64,000 nt of DNA, taken from the NCBI GenBank assembly GCA_965261595.1, contig CBDHDG010000005.1, forward strand, positions 800,001 through 864,000. The letters are read 5' to 3'. The notes under the pieces were generated by a model. It ran no database searches and was not told the origin of the DNA. It was given only the letters and a program-made list of their open reading frames with translations. Of the stretch, positions 49,703 through 60,280 are shown piece by piece. Within the stretch, counting starts at the first letter, position 1. The number at the start of each line of letters is the position of its first letter. Made by a program: the position numbers and the translations under genes. The DNA is from a bacterium. Its GTDB lineage: Bacteria > UBA8248 > JACPRG01 > G963555815.

Positions 49703-49848
49703 TCATACGGATTGATTTCCGGTTGTCATGGATGAAGGGGACGGGGGTGCACGTTCCGGGTGACTTTTCGCCCGCGCGTGGCGACCGTCCCTTTCTTCTT
49801 TTTGGCGTCCGGGGGTCTCGGCGCCGCACGCCGGTTGTCGTTTTGGAT

Positions 49849-51179
49849 TCAGGCCGAGGTTGAGGCCAGCAGGTCTCTGAGCGCCGTTGCGCTCGTGGAA
49901 AAATCCATTTCCCGGCCGGCCCGCCGCGCTGCCGCTCCCATGGATGCGAGCGCCCCCCGGTCCGAGAGCATTTCCTGAAGGACCTCCAGAAGCCGCTTCT
50001 CTCCGCCCCGCCCTTGAAGCTCCACCTCTTTGCCATAGGCCGGCTGAACCAGGTGACGGGAGCCGGAGGTGACGCTCGACACCACCGGGACCCCTTGGCG
50101 CAACGCCTCTACAATCGTCAATCCGTAGCTTTCGTGCCTGGAGGGGGACACGTAGAGGTCCGCAAGCCGAAAGAGCGCCCGTTTCCGCGCGCCCCCGCGT
50201 GCCCCGGAAACCGGACGCGGATTCGGCGAAGCCGTGCGGCCGTTTTTCGTAGCACGGCCGCGTAGGCCTCGCCGCCCATGAACGCCGCGCCCCCGCAAAT
50301 CAGGACCCGGACATCCTCCAGCCCGGCGGCGGTCGCGTCCCTTTCCCATAGCAGAAGCGCCTTCAGGAGGCGGTCGAGGCCCTTTTCCGGGGAGATCCGG
50401 CTGAGCGTCAGCAGGACGGGAGTGTCCGGCCGGAGGTCGTAATCCCGCCGGGCGGCGGCCATCTCCTCTCCGACCTCCCGCTCCGCTACGTCCTCATCCC
50501 AGCCGCCCCAGGGAAGGACCGTCGTCTTCCGGAGCGCCCGGAGGCTGTAGCAGCGCCCCAGCGTCCGGGCCATCCCGGCGGATGGAACGACGAGTCGGGA
50601 CGAGTGCCGGACGCAGCGCGACTGCTTTTCGAAGACCAATCGCAACACGTCCGGACACAGCGCGGAAAGTCCGGAAGACACGAGAGCGCGGTGGATGCCG
50701 ATGGGAATCGCGGGGGAGGCGTTGAGCCGCAGATACATCCGGGAGAAGAAGTGGGCGACGTCCACGTGAAAGATGGTCACGATAGGATGGCCCATGGCCG
50801 TCACCGCGCGGAAGTCGACGCCCTCGGAGATGTCGTTGCTCAACACCACGAAAGGCTCGGGCGCCGGCCGGGCCGTCATTCCCCGGAGGTGGTCGGTGGC
50901 GGCGGCTTCGAACCGGTGGCAGAAACGCGCGTATTCTCTCCGGCTCAGGCGGGCGGGGTGGTCGTCGTCCCCCAGGACCGGGAGGCGGACGTACTCCACC
51001 GCCGGGGGGGTGTCGGGCGGTCTCCTTCCCGGCGCGAGGAGGGTGAGGGAGATTTTCCGGTCGGCCGCCCAAAGATGAACGAGACGCCGGCAGACCGAAG
51101 CGCCCCCGCCGAGGGGCAGCCTCTCCGGGTGATAGCCCCCGTGGGCGGCGATATAGACGATGCGAAGCGGTGACGCCAT
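49849..51179 (-). CDS. GT4 glycosyltransferase, frameshifted near 50193
   Basis: LSRISPEKG in one frame, then ADLYVSPSRHESYGLTIVEAL in another; G5 to G6 restores the frame. Confidence 0.85.
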
Positions 51180-51224
51180 CAGTCCCGGAACATCAGTTGA
51201 ACGCCCCCCGAAAGCCCCCGCCTC

Positions 51225-53549
51225 TCAGGCATCGGATGGGCCGTCCCCGGTGTCCGCGGCCTCCCGGAGCGCCGCCCAAACGACCTCGGGAGTCAGCGGG
51301 AGGTTATTGAAAGGGATGCCCACGGCGTCGAAGATCGCATTGGCGATGGCGGCGGCCGTCGGCGCGAGGGCCGGCTCCCCCACGCCCTTGGCCCCGAACG
51401 GCCCGTCCGGGTGGGGGACCTCGACGACCCGGGCCGTCAGGTCCGGAACGTCCAGCGTCGAGCAGATGTGATAGTCGACGAGCGTGGGGTTGAGAAACTT
51501 CCCCTCGTCCAGCGCGACCTCCTCGATCAGCGTGCACCCCAGGCCCATGGCCAGGGCGCCTTCGAGCTGCTGCTCGCAGGTCTTGGGGTTGATGGCCCGG
51601 CCCACGTCATGTGCGGCGACGAGGCGCAGGACCTTGACGGATCCGGTCTCCGCGTCGACCTCGACTTCCGCGGCCTGGGCCCCGTACATCCAGAAGGGAA
51701 CCGGACGGGTCCCCTGCCCGGTTTCCGGATCGAGGGGCGTGGCGTCTTCCATGTGGTACTCCCCCCGCCCGAGGATGGGTCTTTCGCCGCGCGCGCCGAA
51801 GACGAGCCGGCCGAGGGAGATGCTTCTTTCCGGCGATCCGTCGACCGACACCCGGTCGCCTTCCAGCGCGAGATCTTCGGGCGCGGCTTCCAGGACTTGG
51901 GCCGCGAGATCGAGGATCTGGCCCTTCGCGTCGGCCGCCGCTCTTTGCACGGCCAGTCCCATCGAGAAGGTTGTCCGGCTCGAGGTCGTGGACCGGTCAT
52001 AGGGGGTCACGTCTGTGTCCGGCGCCGCCAGGTGGATCCGATCCGGGTCCAGGCCCAGCTCGGCGGCGGCGATCTGCGTCAGGATGGTGTGGGCGCCCTG
52101 GCCCACCTCCATGCTGCTCGTGAGGACCTGGACGGTTCCGTCCTCGTTGATCTTCAAAAACGCCGATGAGGCCGCGTAGGCGGTGGCCCCCCCTTTGTGC
52201 ATGGCGGCGATCCCCCGGCCCCGGCCCGGCGGCTTCGGCGTCTCCCAGCCGATGGCCTCGGCGGCGGAGCGCAGAGACTCGCACACACCGACGCTCCGGA
52301 GGGTTTCGCCCGTGGCGGAGATGTCTCCCTCGACGAAGGCGTTGCGGAGGCGAAGCTCCAAGGGATCGATTCCGAGCGCGCGGGCGATGTCGTCCATCTG
52401 GCGTTCGGAGGCCCACGTGACCTGCGGTATGCCGTACCCTCGGAAGGCGCCCGCCACCGGGTTGTTGGTGTAGACGCAATAACTGTCGATCTTGAGGTGA
52501 GGAATCCGGTACGGGCCGGCCGAGGAATAACCGGCGTTGGTGGCGACGGTCGGACCCTTTTCGGTGTACGCCCCTGTGTCCCAGTAGACCCGGACCTCGC
52601 GCCCCAGCAGCAGACCGTCCCGCGTGACGGCCGTTTTCAGGTATTGGACGGTGGCATGCCGGATGAGGGTGGCCGTGAACACCTCCTCCCGGGTGTACAC
52701 GACGCCGACCGGCCGTCCGTGGGCGTGCAGGGCGAGCAGGACCGCCAGGGGCTCGGCGTTCAGGCCCCCCTTTCCGCCGAACCCCCCGCCCACCGGCAGG
52801 GAGGTCACGCGGAGCTTCGTCATCGGGATGCCGAAGGCGGCCGCCAAGTCCCGCCGGCAACGGTAGGGGGCGTCATTGTGCGTCCAGACGACCAGCTTGC
52901 CGCCCGCCTCTTGCGCCATCGCGGCATGGACTTCCAGGGGGACGTGCTGGACGGGATGGCTGAAATACCGGTCGGTGAAGACCCGGTCCGCTTTTGAGAC
53001 GGCCTCTTCGATGTCTCCGCGGCGCAGCTTGAAATAAGTGCAGATGTTGGTTCCGGCGACCGGGCGGCCGGCGTTGTCCCGGACGTACGTCATCATCTCT
53101 TCGTGGACGATGGGCGAATCCGGCGTGGCCGCTTTCTCCACGTCGCACACCACGGGAAGCTCTTCATAGTCGACCTCGATCCGTTCCAGGGCCTCCAGGG
53201 CGGCGTCCTCGTTTTCCGCCGCCACCGCCGCCACCGCTTCCCCCTGGAAGCGCACCTTTTCCGCGGCGAGGACCGGCCGATCCAGGATGGAGGACCCGTA
53301 CAGCCCCGGGTTGTCCCGGCCCGTCAGGACTGCGGTCACTCCGCGGACATTCCGCGCCGCCGAGACGTCGATGCGCCGAATGAGCGCGTGGGGGTAGGGA
53401 CTCCGCAGGGCGCGGCCTACGAGCATCCCCGCCAGGCGGAAATCCGCCCCGTAAACGACCCGGCCGGTGGATTTGTCTTCCACGTCGACGCGGAGCAGCG
53501 AGCCGCCTACGCCGTGGTCATCGGTCGAAATTTCGGAATTCGGTCCCAT
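51225..53549 (-). CDS. Xanthine dehydrogenase family molybdopterin-binding subunit
   Basis: RSPYPHA, GGGFGGK, AFRGYG, GQG, DVGRAINP and AKGVGE. Confidence 0.92.
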   Translation of the reverse strand: MGPNSEISTDDHGVGGSLLRVDVEDKSTGRVVYGADFRLAGMLVGRALRSPYPHALIRRIDVSAARNVRGVTAVLTGRDNPGLYGSSILDRPVLAAEKVRFQGEAVAAVAAENEDAALEALERIEVDYEELPVVCDVEKAATPDSPIVHEEMMTYVRDNAGRPVAGTNICTYFKLRRGDIEEAVSKADRVFTDRYFSHPVQHVPLEVHAAMAQEAGGKLVVWTHNDAPYRCRRDLAAAFGIPMTKLRVTSLPVGGGFGGKGGLNAEPLAVLLALHAHGRPVGVVYTREEVFTATLIRHATVQYLKTAVTRDGLLLGREVRVYWDTGAYTEKGPTVATNAGYSSAGPYRIPHLKIDSYCVYTNNPVAGAFRGYGIPQVTWASERQMDDIARALGIDPLELRLRNAFVEGDISATGETLRSVGVCESLRSAAEAIGWETPKPPGRGRGIAAMHKGGATAYAASSAFLKINEDGTVQVLTSSMEVGQGAHTILTQIAAAELGLDPDRIHLAAPDTDVTPYDRSTTSSRTTFSMGLAVQRAAADAKGQILDLAAQVLEAAPEDLALEGDRVSVDGSPERSISLGRLVFGARGERPILGRGEYHMEDATPLDPETGQGTRPVPFWMYGAQAAEVEVDAETGSVKVLRLVAAHDVGRAINPKTCEQQLEGALAMGLGCTLIEEVALDEGKFLNPTLVDYHICSTLDVPDLTARVVEVPHPDGPFGAKGVGEPALAPTAAAIANAIFDAVGIPFNNLPLTPEVVWAALREAADTGDGPSDA

Positions 53550-53740
53550 GAGATGTTCTTATCCGAGAGAGAGGCGCTTCCCTGTTCCGGCGGCGGTTTT
53601 GGGACATCGAGACGCGGGACGGTCAGGTAATGCAACGCGGGCAGTATACACGAAGGTCCCTTCTCCCCCGGAACACGGCCTCCGCATCCCGGAGGAGAGC
53701 CGGAGGGGAGGGAGAGGAAAAAGGGGGGGGCGGTCGCGAA

Positions 53741-54940
53741 TCAGGTCAGCAGGTTCAGACACAACGTGGCGTAAATCTTGATCGTATCGATGTAGTCTTC
53801 GAGGTTTTGGTGTTCGTTCTGGCCGCTATCGAAACTCTTGAGGCAGAACTTGGCCGTCGGGATGCCGGCCTCGACTCTCAGGAAGCGGGCGTCGCTGGTG
53901 CTCATCACCCCGCCGATCTCGATGGGCTCCTTCCTCACCTCCTCGTAGGCCCGTTGGAGGGCCTGAACGATGGGCTCATCCGGATGGATGGTGGAGGGCG
54001 AGCCCTCGAGGTGGATGGAGAGGTCCGCGCGAAAATCCGGATCTTCGGCCCGGAGGCGGTCGAGGACGGCCCGCACGTCGGTGAGCACGTTGTCCGTCGT
54101 CTGCCCCGGAAGCGTGCGGCAGTCGCAGCGAATGACACACCGGTCGGCGCAGATCGTGTCGGAGAATCCGGCGTTGAACCGGTTGACGCTTAGCAGGGGC
54201 GCGCCCGGGACGAAGGCATGGGGCGCCCACCCGGTGAACTCCATCCGCCGCAGCGCTTCCACCGCCTTCATCGCCTGATAGATCGCGTTCACCCCCTTTT
54301 CCTGGCGGGTGGTGTGCGCGCCGACGCCATATACGGTCACGTCGAACAGGACGATTCCCCGGTGGCCGATTTCCACCTTGACCGGACGATCCGACTCCGT
54401 GTAGACGCCGTAGTCGGCCTCGATCATCCCTTGCTCGACCATCACCTTGATCCCCTTGTAACCGAACTGAAGCTCGTCCGCCGTCTGGGTCAGGAGGATG
54501 TCCCCGCGCAGCTTGACGCCGCAGGCCTTCAGGGTCCGGACGGCGAACATGGCCGCGGCCAGACCCACTTTCATGTTGTTCGAGCCGATGCCCCAGAGAT
54601 GGCCATCGTGGATCTCTCCGGAAAGCGGCGGGTGCGTCCAGTTCGATTCGTCGCCGGGGTGGACGGTGTCGAGGTGGGAGTTGAAAAGAAGGACCGGCGT
54701 CCCTTCCGACCCGCGAAGCCGGCCGCGATTGCTCACGCGGAGGGGGTGCGGCTCGATCTGGTCCACCTCCATTCCAAGCTTTCGCATGATCTCGGCGCAG
54801 AAGTCGGCAACCTCTTTTTCGTTTCCGGGGGGATTGAAGCTGGGAATGCGAACCAAGTCCTGAAAGAGCCCGACGGCCTCGTCTCTGAGCTCTTCGACTT
54901 TCCGTCGGACAGTCTCCTTCAACGAATCCATGTCGGACAT
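53741..54940 (-). CDS. M20/ArgE-DapE family protein with altered metal ligands
   Basis: LVRIPS.NPPGNE, NSHLDTV and GVNAI; NNMK and ADEL replace DMK and DEE. Confidence 0.85.
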   Translation of the reverse strand: MSDMDSLKETVRRKVEELRDEAVGLFQDLVRIPSFNPPGNEKEVADFCAEIMRKLGMEVDQIEPHPLRVSNRGRLRGSEGTPVLLFNSHLDTVHPGDESNWTHPPLSGEIHDGHLWGIGSNNMKVGLAAAMFAVRTLKACGVKLRGDILLTQTADELQFGYKGIKVMVEQGMIEADYGVYTESDRPVKVEIGHRGIVLFDVTVYGVGAHTTRQEKGVNAIYQAMKAVEALRRMEFTGWAPHAFVPGAPLLSVNRFNAGFSDTICADRCVIRCDCRTLPGQTTDNVLTDVRAVLDRLRAEDPDFRADLSIHLEGSPSTIHPDEPIVQALQRAYEEVRKEPIEIGGVMSTSDARFLRVEAGIPTAKFCLKSFDSGQNEHQNLEDYIDTIKIYATLCLNLLT

Positions 54941-55051
54941 CTCCGCGTCAGGGATCAGGCTGGATGGGCTCGCCCTTTTTCTTCGCGGCCGTAATGGGTC
55001 CCGCGGGCGAGGGGGTGGGGGGGCGACGCGGGCCGGGCGCCGGGCCGACGT

Positions 55052-56050
55052 CTACAGTTTCAGGAGTCCGGCCGCGTTGCCGCCCAGGATCTTCTCGCGC
55101 GCCGGTCCTTCCGGGACGACGCGGCGCACTTGTTCGACGCAGCCGAAATCCGCCATGTCGAAGGGATAGTCGCTTCCCAGGTAGACGTGGTCCTCTCCGA
55201 CGGTCTCGATCAGAAATTTCAGCGCCGGGTCCCAGTGGGTGATGTTGTCGAACCACACCTGCGCGAGATAGGCGCTGGGCTCTTTGGGCGCGAGTTTTCG
55301 GACCTCCGGGCGCTCCCGGTAGCCATGGTCCAGCCGCCCCCGGATAAAGGGGTACTGTCCGCCCGCGTGAACCAGACAGACCTTCAGCTTCGGGTGTCGC
55401 TCGAACACCCCGCCGAGGAGCATCCGGGCGACGGCGATCGTTGTGTCCAGCGGGTTTCCGATGAGGTTGGTGAGGTAATAGTCCTGGTACCGCTCCTTTC
55501 CCGCCGTGTCGTGGGGATGCAAAAACAGCGGCGCGTCCAGCGTCTCCAGCCGGTCGTAAAAAGGCTCATAGACCGGGTGGTCCAGGTCCCGGCCGCCGAA
55601 ATTGGTCTGAATCATCACGCCCTTGTGGCCCAGGGTCCCCACGGCGTAGTCGAGCTCCGCGATTCCCAGGCCCACGTCCTGAAGGGGAATCGTCGCCAGG
55701 GCGGCGAAACGATCCGGGCGCTGTGCGGCCATCTCGGTCATGGCTTCGTTCTGGATTCGGGAGAGCCGGACGGCGTCCTCGCCCTCGGCCCAGGCGTGAT
55801 AGGTGAGCGGAGAGGCGGACAGGACGGAGAGGTCTATCCCCATGCGGTCCATGTCGGCCAGCTTGGTCTTGACGTCCGCCATGCCCGGTTTGAAATCCGT
55901 AGGAAACTTCTTCCGGTTCACCTCGGCGGATTCGGGTCCCTGAAAATCCGATCCCGCACCGCTTGGGTAGCGGGGCTTCAACTCGGCGGCCAGGCGCTCG
56001 GCCTCGGGCACGAGGATGTGTGAATGCGCGTCGATGACGGACTGGCTCAT
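55052..56050 (-). CDS. Amidohydrolase_2 family protein (ACMSD-like decarboxylase/hydratase)
   Basis: IDAHSH, FLHP, VHAGG and GSDYPFDM. Confidence 0.88.
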   Translation of the reverse strand: MSQSVIDAHSHILVPEAERLAAELKPRYPSGAGSDFQGPESAEVNRKKFPTDFKPGMADVKTKLADMDRMGIDLSVLSASPLTYHAWAEGEDAVRLSRIQNEAMTEMAAQRPDRFAALATIPLQDVGLGIAELDYAVGTLGHKGVMIQTNFGGRDLDHPVYEPFYDRLETLDAPLFLHPHDTAGKERYQDYYLTNLIGNPLDTTIAVARMLLGGVFERHPKLKVCLVHAGGQYPFIRGRLDHGYRERPEVRKLAPKEPSAYLAQVWFDNITHWDPALKFLIETVGEDHVYLGSDYPFDMADFGCVEQVRRVVPEGPAREKILGGNAAGLLKL

Positions 56051-56257
56051 GGAGATTCCTCTTGGACGTCGAGTGGGGCGGAACCGGTTTGCGCGGACAA
56101 AGCCCGGGCGCCGCCGCCGGGCGGAGACGGGCCGCGCGGGCTCGATGGACGTTGCCGCGGCCTCAGGATTTTATTGTTTCCGATTATGACGGTTCAGTCA
56201 AATAGGCGATGCCAATGCGGGGCCGATCCGGACGGTTGTACAAAAAGTTCGGGCGGG

Positions 56258-57607
56258 TTACTGAAATCGGTAGATGGCGCCCAGTTTCAGGATTCGGGTC
56301 AATTCATCGAGGGCGCTCCGGCTTTCCTCCGCCAGGCTCGGGTCGGCCAGGTCATCGGGATGCAGACGGTCGCGATAGTGCCGCTCGACCCAATCGACCA
56401 GTTCATCATAGCGTTGATCGGTCAGGAGTGCTGATGGGTGAATTCGCGCAATTTCGGATTCAGTCAGCGCCACCCGAAGTCGAAGGCAGGCGCCCCCCCC
56501 CCCATTTAGCATGCTCTGGCGAATGTCCACAAATCGCACCGTTTGAATGGGGTTATTGTCTTGAACGATCTCTTCCAGAATTTTCCCCGCATTCTCGTTC
56601 TGTTCGCACTCCGTCGGCGCAATCAAGCACATCGCGCCTTCCGGTAAGCTCACCAACTGGCTATTGAAGAAATAGGTTTCCACCGCTTCCATGAGGGAGA
56701 GTCGGTCGGGGCCGATTTCGATGAGCGCGAGTTCGTCCCCGGAACAGCGCGAAAATTTTTCCTTCAATTCATCAACGACCGCCGCTCCTTCCGTGAATGC
56801 CTGGGCGTGATAGAGAAACACCCGGGTGTTTCCCACGGCGATGACGTCGTTGTGGAAAACACCGGCGTCGATCACCTCGGCGTTTTGCCGGGCGAAAACC
56901 GTTCGCTCCGGACTCAACTGATGCATCCGGGCGATGAGGACGGATGTCTCCTTGGCCTGGCGGGCCGGGTGGCGGCGGGGAAGAGTCCGGGGCGGGTCGC
57001 TCGACCCTTTCCCATAGACGAAAATCTCAACGCCGGGCTCGGCATGCGTCCGGCACAAACGTGTATGGTTTGCCGCCCCCTCGTCCGCGTATTGAAGGCA
57101 AGCCGGCAGGGGCGGGTGATGTGCGAAGACGGTCTCATCCGGAAAGATGATCTTCAACAAACGGGCCGTGAACGGGGATTCGAGCGATCGATGAAACTGG
57201 CTCAACAGATTGGCGGGGGTGATATGCACCTTGCCGTCGTCGGTGTCCGCGCCGGGGGAGACCGTCGCCGCGTTCGCCGCCCACATGCTGGACGCGCTCC
57301 AGCAAGCCGCCAGAATGACGGGCGCCTGCCGCCGGGCGCGCTCCAGGACTTCCGCGTCGCTTCCATAAAAGCCTAACCGCCTCAGCGTTTCGAAGTCCGG
57401 CCGGTCTTGTGGGGGAAACACACCCTGCTTCAAACCCATGTCGAGCAGGAGCTTCATTTTACCAAGCCCCTGCAAAGCGGCCTCCTTGGGATGGGAGACC
57501 GTTTGCCCGTAGGCCATGGAAGCAAGATTTCCCGTGGAGAGACCCGCGTAGTTGTGTGTCGGACCGACAAGACCGTCGAAGTTGACCTCGTATGCCCTTT
57601 CCTTCAT
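56258..57607 (-). CDS. astB: N-succinylarginine dihydrolase
   Basis: EVNFDGLVGPTHNYAGLS.GN, SASSMWAANAA, DEGAANH, GVFHNDV and NGGGGACLRLRV. Confidence 0.95.
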   Translation of the reverse strand: MKERAYEVNFDGLVGPTHNYAGLSTGNLASMAYGQTVSHPKEAALQGLGKMKLLLDMGLKQGVFPPQDRPDFETLRRLGFYGSDAEVLERARRQAPVILAACWSASSMWAANAATVSPGADTDDGKVHITPANLLSQFHRSLESPFTARLLKIIFPDETVFAHHPPLPACLQYADEGAANHTRLCRTHAEPGVEIFVYGKGSSDPPRTLPRRHPARQAKETSVLIARMHQLSPERTVFARQNAEVIDAGVFHNDVIAVGNTRVFLYHAQAFTEGAAVVDELKEKFSRCSGDELALIEIGPDRLSLMEAVETYFFNSQLVSLPEGAMCLIAPTECEQNENAGKILEEIVQDNNPIQTVRFVDIRQSMLNGGGGACLRLRVALTESEIARIHPSALLTDQRYDELVDWVERHYRDRLHPDDLADPSLAEESRSALDELTRILKLGAIYRFQ

Positions 57608-57712
57608 CGGCGCCACCAGGAAGAAGATTGCAAAAGACTCCCCCCTCCCCCCCCCCCGACACCGTGCGGTTTCCGGCGGTTTGGGGGGAAGTTCCTTTAA
57701 AATATTGCGCGA

Positions 57713-58735
57713 TTACCGGGCCCTAAGCGGGGAAAAACACATTTCGCCTCCCGCCTTCAGGAGGAGCGCCTCCGCGGTTGTTTTGTTGATTCGAGCGCCG
57801 CCATCGGGAACGAAAGCGATGGGCGCCACGCATGCCCGGAAGTCCGGGTCCGTGTTCGTGAGGAGCAACCCCTCAGACGGAACACCCTCATTCGTGATCT
57901 CCGAAACGGTAGTCTTCGCCCTCTCCCGCACCGTGCGGATGTTCTCGAGCGGGGAAGTCATAACGGGTCCACCATCGAAGATATCCACCATCCCACTGAA
58001 CTGAAAACCCTCTTTTTGAAGCATTCGGAGTGCGGGCCGCGTCTTCGGATGCACCTCGCCGATGACGGCCCGCGCATCCTGGGGAAGCAGGTCGATATAG
58101 ATGGGATGGGTGGGCATGAGCTCGGCGATGAATCGCTTATCCTTCATACTCAGATAGTCCGCTCTGGGAAAATCGACATCAAAGAAATGCCGTCCGAGGG
58201 CCTCCCAGAAAGCGGAACCTCCATTCTCGTCGATGACGCCGCGCATCTCGGCAATGACTTGGGACTCGAACCGCTCTCGGAACTCGGCCATGAACATAAA
58301 GCGGCACAAAGACAATAGTCTCCCATTGCCGCTCTTCCGGTATTCGGCCGACAAGAAGAGGCTTCCGATTTCGGAAGGACCGCTGTGCTCCTGCAACAGA
58401 TGGAGCATGCGTATCTCTTTGCGGATGTTCAGGACCTTCGATTCGTGCAGGGTGGTCTCGATCAGATAGGCATAGAACGGCTCGAAGCCCCCCACTTTGG
58501 CGTCGATCCCGCACGTGCCGACGACCCTCCCGGTCTGTCGATCCTCCATAACGAAGAGGTAGGTTTCCCCGCGCGGTTTCTTCGTCTTGCTTTCAAAGCT
58601 CCGGCGGGACTCGTGGATCCGTTCCCGGAGAAGCTCTCGGTCCCGGGGCAGCGTCGTGAGGCCGAATAAAGTCAGGTCCGCCAAGGCTGAGAGCGAGTCC
58701 AGATCGGAAGGTTCAATGGGACGGATGATGATCAT
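57713..58735 (-). CDS. astA: Arginine N-succinyltransferase (in frame with the upstream aminotransferase, no stop between)
   Basis: IIRPI..DL, LTTLP, SEIGSLFL, IAEMRG, FIAELMP.HPIY and DIFDGGP. Confidence 0.9.
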   Translation of the reverse strand: MIIIRPIEPSDLDSLSALADLTLFGLTTLPRDRELLRERIHESRRSFESKTKKPRGETYLFVMEDRQTGRVVGTCGIDAKVGGFEPFYAYLIETTLHESKVLNIRKEIRMLHLLQEHSGPSEIGSLFLSAEYRKSGNGRLLSLCRFMFMAEFRERFESQVIAEMRGVIDENGGSAFWEALGRHFFDVDFPRADYLSMKDKRFIAELMPTHPIYIDLLPQDARAVIGEVHPKTRPALRMLQKEGFQFSGMVDIFDGGPVMTSPLENIRTVRERAKTTVSEITNEGVPSEGLLLTNTDPDFRACVAPIAFVPDGGARINKTTAEALLLKAGGEMCFSPLRAR

Positions 58736-60144
58736 GGCCGCCGCCCATTCGATCGTCGCGGCGACTTCCGCCAAGGTTTTCTCAACGATGGCCGAAACAT
58801 TATCAATGTCCTCGATAGAGACGACGCCGACCGGGATCAAAAATCGCACGCGCGCCGGATCCATGCCGGCGTAAAACCCCATCACGCCGGCTTCGAAAAG
58901 GGAATGCAGAAACTTCTTGGTTGTCTCGAGATTGCCGTCAAAGACAGTCAATGCAATCATCGCGCCGATTCCAAAGGGGCCGCTCACCCACGCTGGATGA
59001 CGTTTTTCAATGGCCTTCAGGCATTTTTTAAAATGGGCGTGGAGTTGAAAGATTTTCCCGGCTGGCCCGAAATACCCGCCGCTGAGCAAGGTGTCGACAA
59101 TCACCTTGGACGCATAGATGGACGATGTACTGCCGGTGAAGGTCTGGCTGATCAAACCGGGCCCTGGTCGGTATTCCTCCCGAATCAACGTCGCGCAGAC
59201 CTGGCTGAGCTTTCCGATTGTCACCACGTCTACATAGGCATCCAGTCCGAAGTGCTGAAAAGCGAAGAGATCCGTCATGCGGCCGAAGGTCTGAACTTCA
59301 TCGATCAGAACGGCGGCGCCCGCCTCTTTCACGATCCTCATGAGGGCGATGAAAAATTCCCGCTCCCCCGGATAAAAACCACCTCCCCCCTGCACCAGCT
59401 CAAAAACCATTCCGGCGTAATCACCGGGATGTCGGGCGAGATGGCGTTTGAGGGTCGCCACGGATTTCGCGGTGCTCTCCGCCGGACGGCTGGAATCGTA
59501 GAAGGGGACATAATCGACGTCGAGTGTGGCGGGAAGCCCTTGCCGATATGCGGGATTGTCCGTTACCCGCGCCAGGGCCAAGGTGCGGCCCATGAAGCAG
59601 GATTCGAAGGCCAGGAGACGGCTCGCGGGGTGGTTCCTCTGAAAGATCAGCTTGAGGGCGTTTTCGTTGGCCATGGCCCCGCTTGTGGATAGGAAGCAGT
59701 GTTTGAGAGAGTCGCCCCTTTGCGGTTCGAGCCGTCGAGGAGGGTCTGGACCAGCGGGACGACCAGCGCGTCTTGCTGGAGATTTCCCTGCATGACGACG
59801 CCGGTTAGCGCGGCGTCCAAAAGAGTGCGCACGATGGCGGGGTTGCAGTGGCCGAAGGAGTGCACGCCGATGCCCGTGATGAAGTCGTACTTGACGCTGC
59901 CATCGGCGAGTTCCACCAGGGAGTGATTCCCGAAACCGCTGCCCAGATAGGGGAAAAATAACGGACTGCCGCGCCGTTCGCTGAAATGTGCGATGAGTTC
60001 AGCATACGCTGTCCGCAGGTCCGGGTTGGAGGGCCGAATACCAACGACCCGCTCTTGGTGATCCGCCAGGGCTTCAAGGACCAGTCGTTTCGCTTCGATG
60101 ACGCGTGGATCATCAGCAAGCTGATTTGCCGAAAGGTCGCGCAT
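58736..60144 (-). CDS. Class III aminotransferase (succinylornithine transaminase-like), frameshifted near 59705
   Basis: YDFITGIGVH.FGH in one frame, then SGAMANENA, DEVQTFGR and TIGK in another; removing one TC restores ATLKHCFLSTSGAMA. Confidence 0.8.
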
Positions 60145-60280
60145 GGCCGTGTCCCTCAGAGCTTGAGTTCAGATTCCGCGATGAGCCGCGGCTTCAGCCG
60201 GAATCTTTTTCTTCGTCGAATTCCCCTCGGTTCGAGCCTTCAAGAAACCGCCGCTCTCTTCCTCTTTCAGTTTCAAGGGC

